Assembly (NCBI GenBank): GCA_043806315.1
Contig: JAZDHF010000017.1
Coordinates: forward strand, 1 to 58,021
Direction: 5' to 3'
From: Planctomycetota bacterium
Lineage (GTDB): Bacteria > Planctomycetota > Phycisphaerae > UBA1845
DNA length: 58,021 bases
In this document: positions 31,751 to 40,919 of the stretch, piece after piece
Position numbering within the stretch: the stretch's first letter is position 1
How the letters are laid out: every line of letters starts with the position of its first letter
The notes under the pieces: generated by a model
The model's input: the letters and a program-made list of their open reading frames with translations, nothing else
Databases searched by the model: none
Told to the model about the DNA's origin: nothing
Program-made: the position numbers and the translations under genes

Positions 31751-32078
31751 CTCCCGGCGCGCCGGGACTCCTCCCCTCGTTGGGGAATGTCGAATGCGGA
31801 ATTGGGAATGCTGAAAACATGTGGTGGGCGGTCCGCTCGGCGCCCTTCCGCATTCCGCATTCACCATTCCGAATTCATGCCTTTCGCTCCCGGCGCGCCG
31901 GGAGTGGCTGCCTGATCTATCTATCGGCTTGCGGGAGCGAGACTTTGCGAGTTCCGGCGCGGGGGAGTCGCAGCGTCCTCATAACGCGGGATGCCAACCG
32001 TAGGCAGGATGTGGTACCGGCGCGCCGGGAGCGGGACGCAAAGCCGTCCCATAAGTTTCAATCCCGGCGCGCTGGGAG
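31751..32078. repeat. Cluster of CCCGGCGCGCCGGG palindromes
   Basis: Copies at about 31751, 31885, 31951 (degenerate), 32017 and 32062; another at 30315. Confidence 0.65.
31785..31876. repeat. Inverted heptamer-repeat element (GAATGYG-like ... TTCCGCA)
   Basis: GAATGTC-GAATGCG-GAATTGG-GAATGCT...TTCCGCA-TTCCGCA-TTCACCA-TTCCGAA. Confidence 0.75.
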
Positions 32079-32081
32079 AGT

Positions 32082-33665
32082 TCAGCGTACGTCACTTCCG
32101 CCCGCATGTCCCCACGGACCGTGGACCGAAAGCTCATCCGGCGCCGACTCGATCCCCGGGCCCTTATGCCTCTTGCACTTCGACGGGCAGTTGGCTCCCT
32201 CGCACGGACACTTCCCCGAGCCTTCCAACAACCCCATCGCGTACAACTCGATATCGTTGGGATCGATGCGGTCGTCCTGCGGCAAACGCACCTTCTGGTG
32301 GGCATCGAGCGGGGCGACGATTTCCGGCGTCACCAGGACCACCAACTCCGTGAGCGAACGGCGGAAGTTCACCGAGCGGAACAAGGCCCCCAGGATCGGC
32401 ACGTCGCCGATGCCCGGAACGCGTGACGACAACCCGCGTACCTGCTCACTCAGGAGCCCCGCGATGGCGATCGTCTGGCCGTTCCCCAGTTCCACCGTCG
32501 TCTCCATCGACCGCGACGTGAGACCCGGCACAATGAACCCTTGAAACTGCACGCCTGCGGTAAAGTCCAGTTCGGAGACCTCCGGGGAGACGCGGAGGCG
32601 AATCCGCTGCTGCCCCTGCACAACGGGCGTGAAGTTCATCCGCACGCCGAACTCTTTGAACTCCACAGTGACGCGGAAGTCGCCCTGCGGGACCAGGATG
32701 GGGAACTCGCCGCCCGCAAGGAAGGTCGCCGTCTCGCCGCTGATCGCCACCAAGTTCGGCTCCGCCAGCACGCTCAACAGCGAGTTGTTCGCCATGGCCC
32801 TGATGAACAGTTGCATTTGTGCCCGCGGGAATCCCAGTGAGAGCGTCGAGTTTTGCCCCAGCGGAATCCCGTTTGTGCCGGTGACAAAGGGGAGGTTCTG
32901 GGTCACGGGCGCGCCGGCGGCGGCGCCGATGTCGATCGGGTTGATGCCGCCCAGTTGGTTGACGATGAAGCCGTCGCGGAAGTTCTCGCCCGCGAGGAAG
33001 CCATTGATGCCCAGTTCCCGCGCCGCGGCCCGACTGACCTCGGCCACCACGACTTTCAAGAGAACCTGCTGCTCGCCGGCGACTTCGAGGTGGTTCTGCA
33101 CCTTGGTCATGGCCTTGCCTTCGGTCGTCGAGGGGATGAACAACGCCGCCAGCTCTTCGATCCGCCGAGCCCGCTCCGCGCTGCTCACCGTGCCGACCAG
33201 CACGATGTTGCCCCGGACCGACGTCGCCTTGGCGCTGGATTGCGGATCGATGCCCTTCAGGGCCTCGTTGAGCTTCTCCAGGTCCAACTCCACGGTCACC
33301 TCGAACACGTACTCTTTACCGTCCGTCCCGCTCAGCACCACGGTCGTGCTGCCAAACGCCCCGCCGGTGATGAGCATCCGTGTGGGGCTCACCACCTGGA
33401 CGTCGGCGATCTGCTTGGCGACGACGTCGGCCCGCTGCGCCTCGACCGTGGTCTCGACGGTCACGCTTCGGTGGATCGGAATGGTGATCCGCTGCGAACT
33501 GGCCGCTAAGTCCAGAACGGAGGCGCGGAACTCCTTGCCCCCGGGCTTGGCCTCCGGTTTGCCCTGACCCTGCGCTTCCGCGCCGGTCAGCAGGAGCGCT
33601 CCCAGAGCGAATGCGACCCAACCCGAACGGCTCCGACGGCTCGCGCGATTCACCCGATTGGCCAT
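32082..33665 (-). CDS. cpaC: Tad secretin CpaC/RcpA
   Basis: N-terminal pilus-formation and BON-like domains, QVLLKVVVAEV, LAEPNLVAISGETATFLAGGEFP, VPGIGDVPILGALF, ELVVLVTP. Confidence 0.93.
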   Translation of the reverse strand: MANRVNRASRRSRSGWVAFALGALLLTGAEAQGQGKPEAKPGGKEFRASVLDLAASSQRITIPIHRSVTVETTVEAQRADVVAKQIADVQVVSPTRMLITGGAFGSTTVVLSGTDGKEYVFEVTVELDLEKLNEALKGIDPQSSAKATSVRGNIVLVGTVSSAERARRIEELAALFIPSTTEGKAMTKVQNHLEVAGEQQVLLKVVVAEVSRAAARELGINGFLAGENFRDGFIVNQLGGINPIDIGAAAGAPVTQNLPFVTGTNGIPLGQNSTLSLGFPRAQMQLFIRAMANNSLLSVLAEPNLVAISGETATFLAGGEFPILVPQGDFRVTVEFKEFGVRMNFTPVVQGQQRIRLRVSPEVSELDFTAGVQFQGFIVPGLTSRSMETTVELGNGQTIAIAGLLSEQVRGLSSRVPGIGDVPILGALFRSVNFRRSLTELVVLVTPEIVAPLDAHQKVRLPQDDRIDPNDIELYAMGLLEGSGKCPCEGANCPSKCKRHKGPGIESAPDELSVHGPWGHAGGSDVR

Positions 33666-33743
33666 CGACAGGCCGTCTTCCCTGACTTTCGTTGACATTG
33701 GCGGCGTTCTCCTAGCCTTCAACCCTTCAACCCTGCTACGCTG

Positions 33744-34850
33744 CTACTCACCCGCGCCGGGCGCCGGGCTCCCGCCTTGGTCGCCCGGTGTCTCATCGAC
33801 GTTATCGACATCGCCGGGTTCGGCGGGTCCCTGCGCGGCGCCGGTCGATTGGGGCGCCGGTGCCGGACTGCGGCCCTTCACGCCGCTCATCATGGCCGAG
33901 GCCCGCGTAGGCCCGCCCTGCGACATCTCCAGGATTCGGGCGGAATGGGCGCTCTCAAACGTGATCCGTTCCACCGACCTCGCTTGGTTCGTCATCGAAC
34001 CGCGGAAGACCAGAACCGGGTGCGGTTCCGGCTCCGGCGGGGCGGTAGCTCTCCTGGTGACCGGCGGCGGAGGAGGCGTCGGGGCGGGGGGCGCCTTATC
34101 CGCTGCAGCGCTCCTCATCGAGTTCATGATTTCGCTTTCGTAGGCCCTCGCGGGCAACGTCGGCGTCTTGTCGTCCTCCCCGCGCATCGCCAGTGTGATC
34201 TTGCCCCGGGTGCCCGCCAGGTGCAGCTTGGGCACCTCGATTTCGGGAACCAGGAGCGTCGCCGACTTGGCCGGCTTCATCTGTGCTCCCTTCGCCGGCT
34301 CCGGCTCGGAGCCGGTCCCTTGACCGATCGCCGCGACCTGCACATGCTGCAGGATGACTTCCGCAATCGTCTCCTTCTTGCCCCGCGCCCCCGTCTCCAC
34401 GTCCATCACCACGATCACGTCCACCCAATCGCCGGGCTGGACCTGGTAGGCGACGCCGGAGACTTCGTCGATCTTGACCGACACGGCGCGAAACCCGGGC
34501 GGGATTCGACCGACCATCCCCGCTCGGGTTCCCGGCGGGGCGAGCATGGACAGCAACACGGGCGTGTTCTTCGGAATCGGCTTCGACGCCACGCGCCCGA
34601 TCGCTAGGTCCACCTTGTCGAGCCGCTCGTTCGCCGGAGCAAACAGGCTGTCGGCCGTCTCGACGGTCTCCACCATGTCCTTCTGAATTTCCTCGTAGCC
34701 CGCGATGTCCTGCTTGGCGCGAACCACGGTGACCGTCTGCCGCGCTGCGTTGGAGGCCTGGGCCCTACGGATCGAGTCCACGCCGAACTTCACCGCCAGA
34801 AGCCCGATCCCCAAACCGAGCACCAACGGTATGATTGCCTTTCGCTTCAT
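33744..34850 (-). CDS. cpaB: Flp pilus assembly protein CpaB/RcpC
   Basis: SAF-like domain, IPPGFRAVSVKIDEVSGVAYQVQPGDWVDVI, GKITLAMR. Confidence 0.92.
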   Translation of the reverse strand: MKRKAIIPLVLGLGIGLLAVKFGVDSIRRAQASNAARQTVTVVRAKQDIAGYEEIQKDMVETVETADSLFAPANERLDKVDLAIGRVASKPIPKNTPVLLSMLAPPGTRAGMVGRIPPGFRAVSVKIDEVSGVAYQVQPGDWVDVIVVMDVETGARGKKETIAEVILQHVQVAAIGQGTGSEPEPAKGAQMKPAKSATLLVPEIEVPKLHLAGTRGKITLAMRGEDDKTPTLPARAYESEIMNSMRSAAADKAPPAPTPPPPPVTRRATAPPEPEPHPVLVFRGSMTNQARSVERITFESAHSARILEMSQGGPTRASAMMSGVKGRSPAPAPQSTGAAQGPAEPGDVDNVDETPGDQGGSPAPGAGE

Positions 34851-35021
34851 GATCGTTCGTCCTCTTTCTCGTTGCACGCCTGGCGAGGCGCCGGTTCGGT
34901 CGGGGGTCCCTGACTCCTCTGGGCGTCAGGTCCGGGAGTACCCGCCTCGCCGCCCCGTAATCCCAATCTCGTCTGTTTATCGGATGGTTTTCGGCGACGT
35001 TCGACCTAAGAAAAGAAAAAT

Positions 35022-35105
35022 GCAAAGTTCGAAGTTCGAAGTTCAAAGACAGGACCGCCGACCGATCCGATGCTCTTTGGACTTGAAACTTCGAACTTTG
35101 AACTT
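35022..35105. repeat. Inverted heptamer-repeat element (AAGTTCG/A)n...(GAACTTT)n
   Basis: AAAGTTCGAAGTTCGAAGTTCAAAG...CTTTGGACTTGAAACTTCGAACTTTGAACTT. Confidence 0.75.
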
Positions 35106-35114
35106 AACCAGAGG

Positions 35115-35576
35115 TTACATCCCCTCTTTGCGCATGCTGCAGCTCCCGCCCAGATCGTAGGCGTGGGTGCCGAAGAACCCGCCCATCAGCGACACCTCGC
35201 TGTAGGGGACGGTCACCGTGATCGTCTCGACCGGGTCCGCCACCGTGGCGTGCGTCATGCTGACGGAATAGCCGGTCAGCCCCGTCGGCTCCATGACCTC
35301 GGCGACACGCGTCAGTACCGACGTGTACGGCGATGTGGACGTCTGCAGGATCGCGATGCGGGTTCCCTCGCGGGCCGCCGTCTGCAGCGTCTGTCGAACC
35401 ATGAACACCCATCCGTATTCCATGATCCCGAACAGAATCGTCAGAAGCAGCGGCAGAACGACGGCGAACTCAACTACGGCCGCAGCCCGGCGAAATGGTG
35501 AAGTCCGCGGCCCAACGTTCGAAACAGGGAATGTCCCCCTCTTTAACTTTTGAACTTTAATGTTTGAACTTCTCAT
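35115..35576 (-). CDS. tadE: TadE-like minor pilin
   Basis: AAAVVEFAVVLPLLLTILFGIMEYG...LQTAAREGTR. Confidence 0.9.
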   Translation of the reverse strand: MRSSNIKVQKLKRGTFPVSNVGPRTSPFRRAAAVVEFAVVLPLLLTILFGIMEYGWVFMVRQTLQTAAREGTRIAILQTSTSPYTSVLTRVAEVMEPTGLTGYSVSMTHATVADPVETITVTVPYSEVSLMGGFFGTHAYDLGGSCSMRKEGM

Positions 35577-35577
35577 C

Positions 35578-36132
35578 CTATACCCCCCACCATCCGAACA
35601 TTTTGGCCGCCAAGATCAGCAACGTTCCGGCCGTGAGCGGCACACCGTAGGGAAGCAATTGGGACGTCGTCCCGAAGCTCCTGGCCGACCCGACCTCACT
35701 GAATGCCGCTTGCGGGGTGGAGACCTTCGCCAGAATCACCCCGATGTTGACACAGGCCATCCGCAGACGCCCCGTCGACAAAATCATTACCACGGCCGCA
35801 ACTCCGCCGATCACCGCGCCCAGTGCGAAGGAATACAGCGTCAGCAGCGGACCTAACCAGACGCCGATCGCGGCCATCAACTTCACGTCGCCCGCGCCCA
35901 TCCCGTGCATCAACCACGGAACGATGAGCAGTCCGAACCCCGTCAGCAGACCCCAGAATCCGACGGTCAGTCCGGAAGTTCCGAAGTAACAACCCTGGAC
36001 GACCAGGCCAACCGCGATCAGCAGGGCATTGAGCCAGTTGGGCACGCGCTTCTGCGAATAATCAATCCATGAGGCCAGTAGAATACCGGGTATAAGAATC
36101 GCGCAAGTCGTGTGCCAGAAACCGAATTCCAT
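35578..36132 (-). CDS. cpaA: A24 prepilin peptidase CpaA/TadV
   Basis: IDYSQKRVPNWL, MGAGDVKLMAAIG, LPYGVPL. Confidence 0.93.
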   Translation of the reverse strand: MEFGFWHTTCAILIPGILLASWIDYSQKRVPNWLNALLIAVGLVVQGCYFGTSGLTVGFWGLLTGFGLLIVPWLMHGMGAGDVKLMAAIGVWLGPLLTLYSFALGAVIGGVAAVVMILSTGRLRMACVNIGVILAKVSTPQAAFSEVGSARSFGTTSQLLPYGVPLTAGTLLILAAKMFGWWGV

Positions 36133-36227
36133 AGGAAATTACTCCAGCCCCAAACGGGCAATGCCGGCGAACCCGGTAGAAGTCTACGATATGCAACCTC
36201 GCTGCGACGGAACGTCTGAGAACCTCG

Positions 36228-36306
36228 TTTCAAAGTTCAAAGTTCAAAGTTCGAAGAACCGGCCCGTCGCGTCAGAGTTCTTTTGAACTTTGAACTTTGA
36301 ACTTCA
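36228..36306. repeat. Inverted heptamer-repeat element (TTCAAAG)n...(CTTTGAA)n
   Basis: TTCAAAG x3-TTCGAAG...TTTGAACTTTGAACTTTGAACTTC. Confidence 0.8.
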
Positions 36307-36308
36307 GG

Positions 36309-36354
36309 AAAAAGCAGGCCGGTGGGCGCCGCCGCATCCGACGGCGCCCACCGG
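36309..36354 (-). terminator. Intrinsic terminator after the major flp pilin
   Basis: 13-bp stem CCGGTGGGCGCCG/CGGCGCCCACCGG, followed on the minus strand by CCTGCTTTTT. Confidence 0.75.
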
Positions 36355-36425
36355 TTCCCCCGTCCTGGCCTTTCGAACTCGCGGGCGTTAGACGTGACTC
36401 AGCGCCCCGCGAGGCGAACCGAGGC

Positions 36426-36614
36426 TTAGGTACTGGTGCCCGTCGGCAGGCTGCTGTCCACGTTCGTGAAGATCGTATCGACCGTGGTGCCGAGCCCGGT
36501 AATCGCGCCGAGGGCGACGATAATAATCAGGGCAAGCATCACGGCGTACTCGGTCGCCGTCGGGCCGTCTTCAGACCGCAGAAAGTTCTTTGCACGGTTC
36601 AGGAAATTACTCAT
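36426..36614 (-). CDS. flp: Flp family type IVb pilin 1
   Basis: Strong RBS (AGGAGAGGAG); MSNFLNRAKNFLRSEDG|PTATEYAVMLALIIIV. Confidence 0.95.
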   Translation of the reverse strand: MSNFLNRAKNFLRSEDGPTATEYAVMLALIIIVALGAITGLGTTVDTIFTNVDSSLPTGTST

Positions 36615-37014
36615 ACGTTGACTCCTCTCCTGTAGGGGGCTGCTCGCGGCAGCCCAAGGTAAATTCGAAGGTTGCTCAGGCGCCGCGACCGGGCCTGACC
36701 CCTCCACTTAACCGCTCGAACCTCCTAAGGGCACGAGCTTGAACCACTCGATTGGACTTACTTCGCGTCTGAGGGAGTCGGATCGGAAGGGATGAATCGC
36801 CTCCTCCCCCGCCGACCGACGACGTACAACCGTCGTCTCCCCCTCCACTAGTCAAACCTACGAAACAAAGGCTTCGCGGGCAAACGGTTTCCGTGAATCT
36901 CTTGGCCTCGCACTGCGAATCTGGACGCCGGCGATCTTCGTCACCGGCTCATCGCGGCGCGAAACCCGGCTGCCACGCACTGCGGACGCCCTCAACTGTG
37001 CTACGTTTCTCATG

Positions 37015-37200
37015 CTACGAACCGCTGGCGGGCACGGTGCTGGCGATGCTCGTGTATAAGTTGTCCATGTGCGCACCGAAGCTGCTTAGCGCCCCGATGA
37101 CGGCCACACAGATCACCGCAATCAAAACGGCATATTCCGTCGCGGTCGGACCATCTTCGGATCCCACGAACCGCCGCAGTCTTTGGCAAAACGCATTCAC
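37015..37200 (-). CDS. flp: Flp family type IVb pilin 2
   Basis: RBS GAGAGGAG, GTG start; FVGSEDG|PTATEYAVLIAVICV. Confidence 0.9.
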   Translation of the reverse strand: MNAFCQRLRRFVGSEDGPTATEYAVLIAVICVAVIGALSSFGAHMDNLYTSIASTVPASGS

Positions 37201-37444
37201 GGTCGCGCTCCTCTCCCGAACTTCCATCAGCGGCGGCGCGTGACGCGCACTCCGCCGCTTCAGAAGTATCCAATCTCAGCATCGAATACGTTCACCCCCT
37301 CCGCAAGCGAAAACCGCCGGCCGATCCGGAAAAAACCGACCAGCCCGCACTGAACGCGGTTATCGGAGCCGCGCCTGCGTCAGAATCGTGTCGTACCTTG
37401 TAGGCGGCTTCAAGCAGTTCTGATATGCGGACGATAGGTGCGCG

Positions 37445-38353
37445 ATGCGCATGAATTGGCCGGTTGCCGTACTTGATCGCCTCACCGCCGCGGCCCACGT
37501 CGACGGCGGGTGGGGATATCTCGCGGGCGCCGCGCCATGCACTGAGCCGACTTGTCTCGCCTGTCTGGCGCTATCGGCCTATAAGACCGACACAGAAACC
37601 TACGCACGAGGACTGGCGTGGCTCGCCCGACTGCAACGTCCCGACGGCAGTGTCCCGGTTGCCTCGAACGTCACGTCTCCCTGTTGGACCACGGGGCTGG
37701 CTGTATTGGCCTGGTCTGCGTCCATCGGCGAAACCGCCGTAGACTGCCACGCGCAGATTGAGAAAGCCGCCGCTTGGTTACTCCGAACTTATGGCAAAAC
37801 GATTGCACCCAACCCACGAGTCTATGGCCACGACCCTACCTTGACAGGATGGGGCTGGGTCGAAAACTCCCATTCCTGGGTCGAACCAACCGCGTACGCA
37901 GTCCTCGCTCTCCGTGCCGCCGGAAAGGAAAAGCACCCACGAGTACGGGACGGCATTCGACTGATCTTGGATCGCGCCATTCCGACTGGCGGGTGGAATT
38001 ATGGGAATACCCGTGTTTTCGCAAACACCCTGCGGCCATTTCCCGGTCCCACGGGGATCGCTCTCACGGCGCTGGGAGGAGAGCCGTCCGATTCGCGCAT
38101 TGATTCGGGCATCGCCTATTTAATCCCTGAACTGCCACGCGTGCGTGCTCCACTCTCGTTGAGTTGGGGATTAATGGGACTTTCCGCCCGGGGCAAGCGC
38201 CCGGACGAATCTCCGCAATGGCTTGAGGAGTGCGCCCGGCGCGTTCTTCGCAGCACGCCCAACGCCATGAACGACGCCCTCCTGCTCTTGGCCGACGCGG
38301 ATCATTGCCCGATCACCCATCGTTCACTGGAGGTTGCGACGACCAATGGATGA
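37445..38353 (+). CDS. Prenyltransferase/squalene-oxidase repeat (alpha/alpha toroid) protein
   Basis: DGGWGY, WLARLQRPDGS, GWGWVENSHSWVEPTAYAVLAL, GGWNYGN. Confidence 0.8.
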   Translation: MRMNWPVAVLDRLTAAAHVDGGWGYLAGAAPCTEPTCLACLALSAYKTDTETYARGLAWLARLQRPDGSVPVASNVTSPCWTTGLAVLAWSASIGETAVDCHAQIEKAAAWLLRTYGKTIAPNPRVYGHDPTLTGWGWVENSHSWVEPTAYAVLALRAAGKEKHPRVRDGIRLILDRAIPTGGWNYGNTRVFANTLRPFPGPTGIALTALGGEPSDSRIDSGIAYLIPELPRVRAPLSLSWGLMGLSARGKRPDESPQWLEECARRVLRSTPNAMNDALLLLADADHCPITHRSLEVATTNG

Positions 38354-39383
38354 CGCAGTCTACAACTCCGTCGCAACTGCCGCGAGTCGGAAACTGTCGC
38401 GCCGCGAAATGCTCGGCGTCGGCGGTGCGCTGCTCCTGGGCGGCGGGATCGCAACCGGATTTCGCTGGGCCTCAGGGCATGAACGTGGAATGCGCGCCGA
38501 GGTCTTCATCGGCAAGGCGCGCGACTATCACGCCGATTTCACATTTATCATTCAAGAGGGATTCGCCGCACTCGGGATCGGACGGGGGGATATCCAAGGA
38601 AAGCGGATCCTGCTGAAACCGAACCTGGTCGAGACGGCCCCGGGTCAGGCCCACATCAACACCCATCCGGCGGTGATCGTCGGCGCGGTCGAAGCCCTGC
38701 GCCGTCTCGACGCCCGTGCCGTCATCGTGGCCGAGGGACATGGACACCACCGCGACAGTCGGCTGATTCTCGATGAATCCGGAACGGGCGCGGCCTTGGA
38801 AGAGGCCGGCGCGGACTTTGTCGATCTGAATCACGACGAGTTCGTCGCCGTGCCCAACAGAGGCGGCTGGACGAACCTCGCACCGCTCTACCTCCCGAAA
38901 ACGCTGCTCAGCGCGGATTGGGTGATCTCCGTTCCCAAACTGAAAACCCATCATTGGGCCGGCGTCACCTGCTCGATGAAAAACCTCTTCGGGGTGATGC
39001 CCGGCGTGGTGTACGGCTGGCCCAAGAACGTCCTGCACTACGCGGGCATCCCGGAGTCCATCCTCGACATCAACGCGACCGTCAAGCCCTCGCTCGCCAT
39101 CGTTGACGCCGTCGTGGGCATGGAAGGCGACGGGCCGATCATGGGCACGCCGAAGGAGGTCGGCTGCATCGTCATGGGCCGCAATCTGCCCGCCGTCGAC
39201 GCCACCTGCGTGCGAATGATGGACCTCAACCCTTACGGCGTCCCTTACCTCGCCCAGGCCTCCGGACGCCTCGGTCCCATCCACGAATCCAACATCGCTC
39301 AACGCGGCGAGCCGATCGCCGCCCTGCGTACCCGCTTTCAACTCCTCGACGCCCCACACCTCAAATCCGTCGCCTCGAGTTAG
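38346..39383 (+). CDS. DUF362 domain protein with Tat-like N-terminus
   Basis: SRREML + hydrophobic stretch; LLKPNLVE, INTHP, PKLKTHHWAGVTCSMKNLFG, GMEGDGP. Confidence 0.87.
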   Translation: MDDAVYNSVATAASRKLSRREMLGVGGALLLGGGIATGFRWASGHERGMRAEVFIGKARDYHADFTFIIQEGFAALGIGRGDIQGKRILLKPNLVETAPGQAHINTHPAVIVGAVEALRRLDARAVIVAEGHGHHRDSRLILDESGTGAALEEAGADFVDLNHDEFVAVPNRGGWTNLAPLYLPKTLLSADWVISVPKLKTHHWAGVTCSMKNLFGVMPGVVYGWPKNVLHYAGIPESILDINATVKPSLAIVDAVVGMEGDGPIMGTPKEVGCIVMGRNLPAVDATCVRMMDLNPYGVPYLAQASGRLGPIHESNIAQRGEPIAALRTRFQLLDAPHLKSVASS

Positions 39384-39489
39384 AGTGAAGTGAGGCCCTG
39401 GACGAGCCGCACTAATCTCGATACATAGGCGGAAACAAGCATAAGAAAGCCCTTGACATGGCGTTAGTCGCAAGGTAGGAGTTGTGTGC

Positions 39490-39942
39490 ATGGTCGCAAA
39501 ATACTCGCCGCCGTTCATCTCGCTGGCACTCGTGGTCCTTCTGACCGGGTGTTCGGCCCGTCACCACGCTCAAGACGTACAGTCCGGTCTGGAGGGCGAC
39601 CGTCTCACGGTCGGCGCCGTCCAGCGCGAAATCCATAAGGGCATGAGCGGGAGCGAGGTTCTGGAGACCCTGGGGAGTCCCAACGTCGTGTCCACGGATG
39701 AGGCCGGTCGCGAAGTCTGGGTCTACGACAAGTTCGCCACCGACGTCGTCGCTTCCGGCAGTAGCTGGTCGATCTTCGGCCTGGGCGGCGGATTCGGACA
39801 CAGCGGCGCGGGCGGAGGAGGAATCGGGGCCGGGGGCAGCGCCGGTGCGGCTTCCACGAGCCAGCGGACGCTCACCATCATCATCAAGTTCGACCAAGAG
39901 AAGAAGGTGCGCGACTTCGCGTATCACTCGTCCCGTTTTTAG
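39490..39942 (+). CDS. SmpA/OmlA (BamE)-like lipoprotein
   Basis: Lipobox LTGC; IHKGMSGSEVLETLGSPN...EVWVY...LTIIIKFD. Confidence 0.7.
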   Translation: MVAKYSPPFISLALVVLLTGCSARHHAQDVQSGLEGDRLTVGAVQREIHKGMSGSEVLETLGSPNVVSTDEAGREVWVYDKFATDVVASGSSWSIFGLGGGFGHSGAGGGGIGAGGSAGAASTSQRTLTIIIKFDQEKKVRDFAYHSSRF

Positions 39943-39951
39943 AAGCCGAAA

Positions 39952-40491
39952 ATGTCCCGACGGTCGATCACTTCCAAGGTGTGGATCGGCGGACTTCTGG
40001 CGACGGGTGACCTGTGCGGTTGCGCGCCGCACATCCCGCCGAATGCCCTGGCCATGCGCCCCCAGTCGCTGGAGTGGCGTCAGCGCAGCACGCGGCGGTT
40101 CTTCACCACCGATGAAAAGCAGATTCTGGCCGCGTCCGCCGGAACACTGCAAGACCTGGGCTTTACGATCGACAATACCAGATCGGAGCTGGGCCTGATC
40201 GTCGCCTCCAAAGACCGTACGGCCGTCGAAGGCGGACAAGTCGCGGGCAAGGTGGTCATGGCCATCGTCTTCCGGGCCGACGTGCCCATCGACCGCAACC
40301 AGAAGTTCCGTGCCTCGGTCGTGACCCATCCGAGTGGAAACGAGATCGCCGTGCGGGTCACCTTCCAACGAATCGTCTGGAACGACCGCAACGAGGTTTC
40401 CAAGTTGGAATTGTTGGACGACCCCAAGATGTACCAGGAGTTCTTCGAGAAACTGTCGCAGGCCGTCTTTCTGGAGGCGCATCAGATATGA
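39952..40491 (+). CDS. Hypothetical lipoprotein (paralog of the next gene)
   Basis: LCGC lipobox-like; TRRFFTTD..TLQDLGFTID...YQEFFEKLSQAVFLEA. Confidence 0.7.
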   Translation: MSRRSITSKVWIGGLLATGDLCGCAPHIPPNALAMRPQSLEWRQRSTRRFFTTDEKQILAASAGTLQDLGFTIDNTRSELGLIVASKDRTAVEGGQVAGKVVMAIVFRADVPIDRNQKFRASVVTHPSGNEIAVRVTFQRIVWNDRNEVSKLELLDDPKMYQEFFEKLSQAVFLEAHQI

Positions 40492-40913
40492 CACGGAGCG
40501 GCGTCGGCTTCGGTTTGTATTGCCTTTGCGTCTGCGCCGTGCCGGCGTGTCAATCCTCGAAGGCGGAGCTTCTCAAGGCCGACTCCAGCGCCGTCAAGCT
40601 CCGCAGCATCCAGACCCGGGCGTTCGACACCACCGACAAGACGGCGACGCTCCGCACGGCGATGGCCACGCTGCAGGACCTCGGCTTCGTAATCGACAGC
40701 GCCGACGACGTCATCGGAACGGTGAGCGCCACGAAGCTGGACCGATACGCCTTACGGATGACGGTTACGGTGCGTCCTCGCGGGACGACGCAACTGCTCG
40801 TTCGAGCCAACGCCCAATACGGCCTTCGCGCCGTGGAAGACCCCCAACCCTACCAGCAGTTCTTCGATGCCTTGGGCAAGGCCATGTTCCTCGCCGCCCA
40901 GGAAGTTGACTAG
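40488..40913 (+). CDS. Hypothetical lipoprotein (paralog of the previous gene)
   Basis: VPAC lipobox-like; TRAFDTTD..TLQDLGFVID...YQQFFDALGKAMFLAA. Confidence 0.7.
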   Translation: MTRSGVGFGLYCLCVCAVPACQSSKAELLKADSSAVKLRSIQTRAFDTTDKTATLRTAMATLQDLGFVIDSADDVIGTVSATKLDRYALRMTVTVRPRGTTQLLVRANAQYGLRAVEDPQPYQQFFDALGKAMFLAAQEVD

Positions 40914-40919
40914 TCGATC

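Noticed and set aside
31751-32078. CRISPR array
   Set aside because: Repeats are only about 14-20 nt, degenerate and irregularly spaced, and there are no cas genes in the window.
36640-37000. c-di-GMP riboswitch upstream of flp
   Set aside because: No GGCAAA...GAAA...GACGCAAAG-type consensus on the coding strand.
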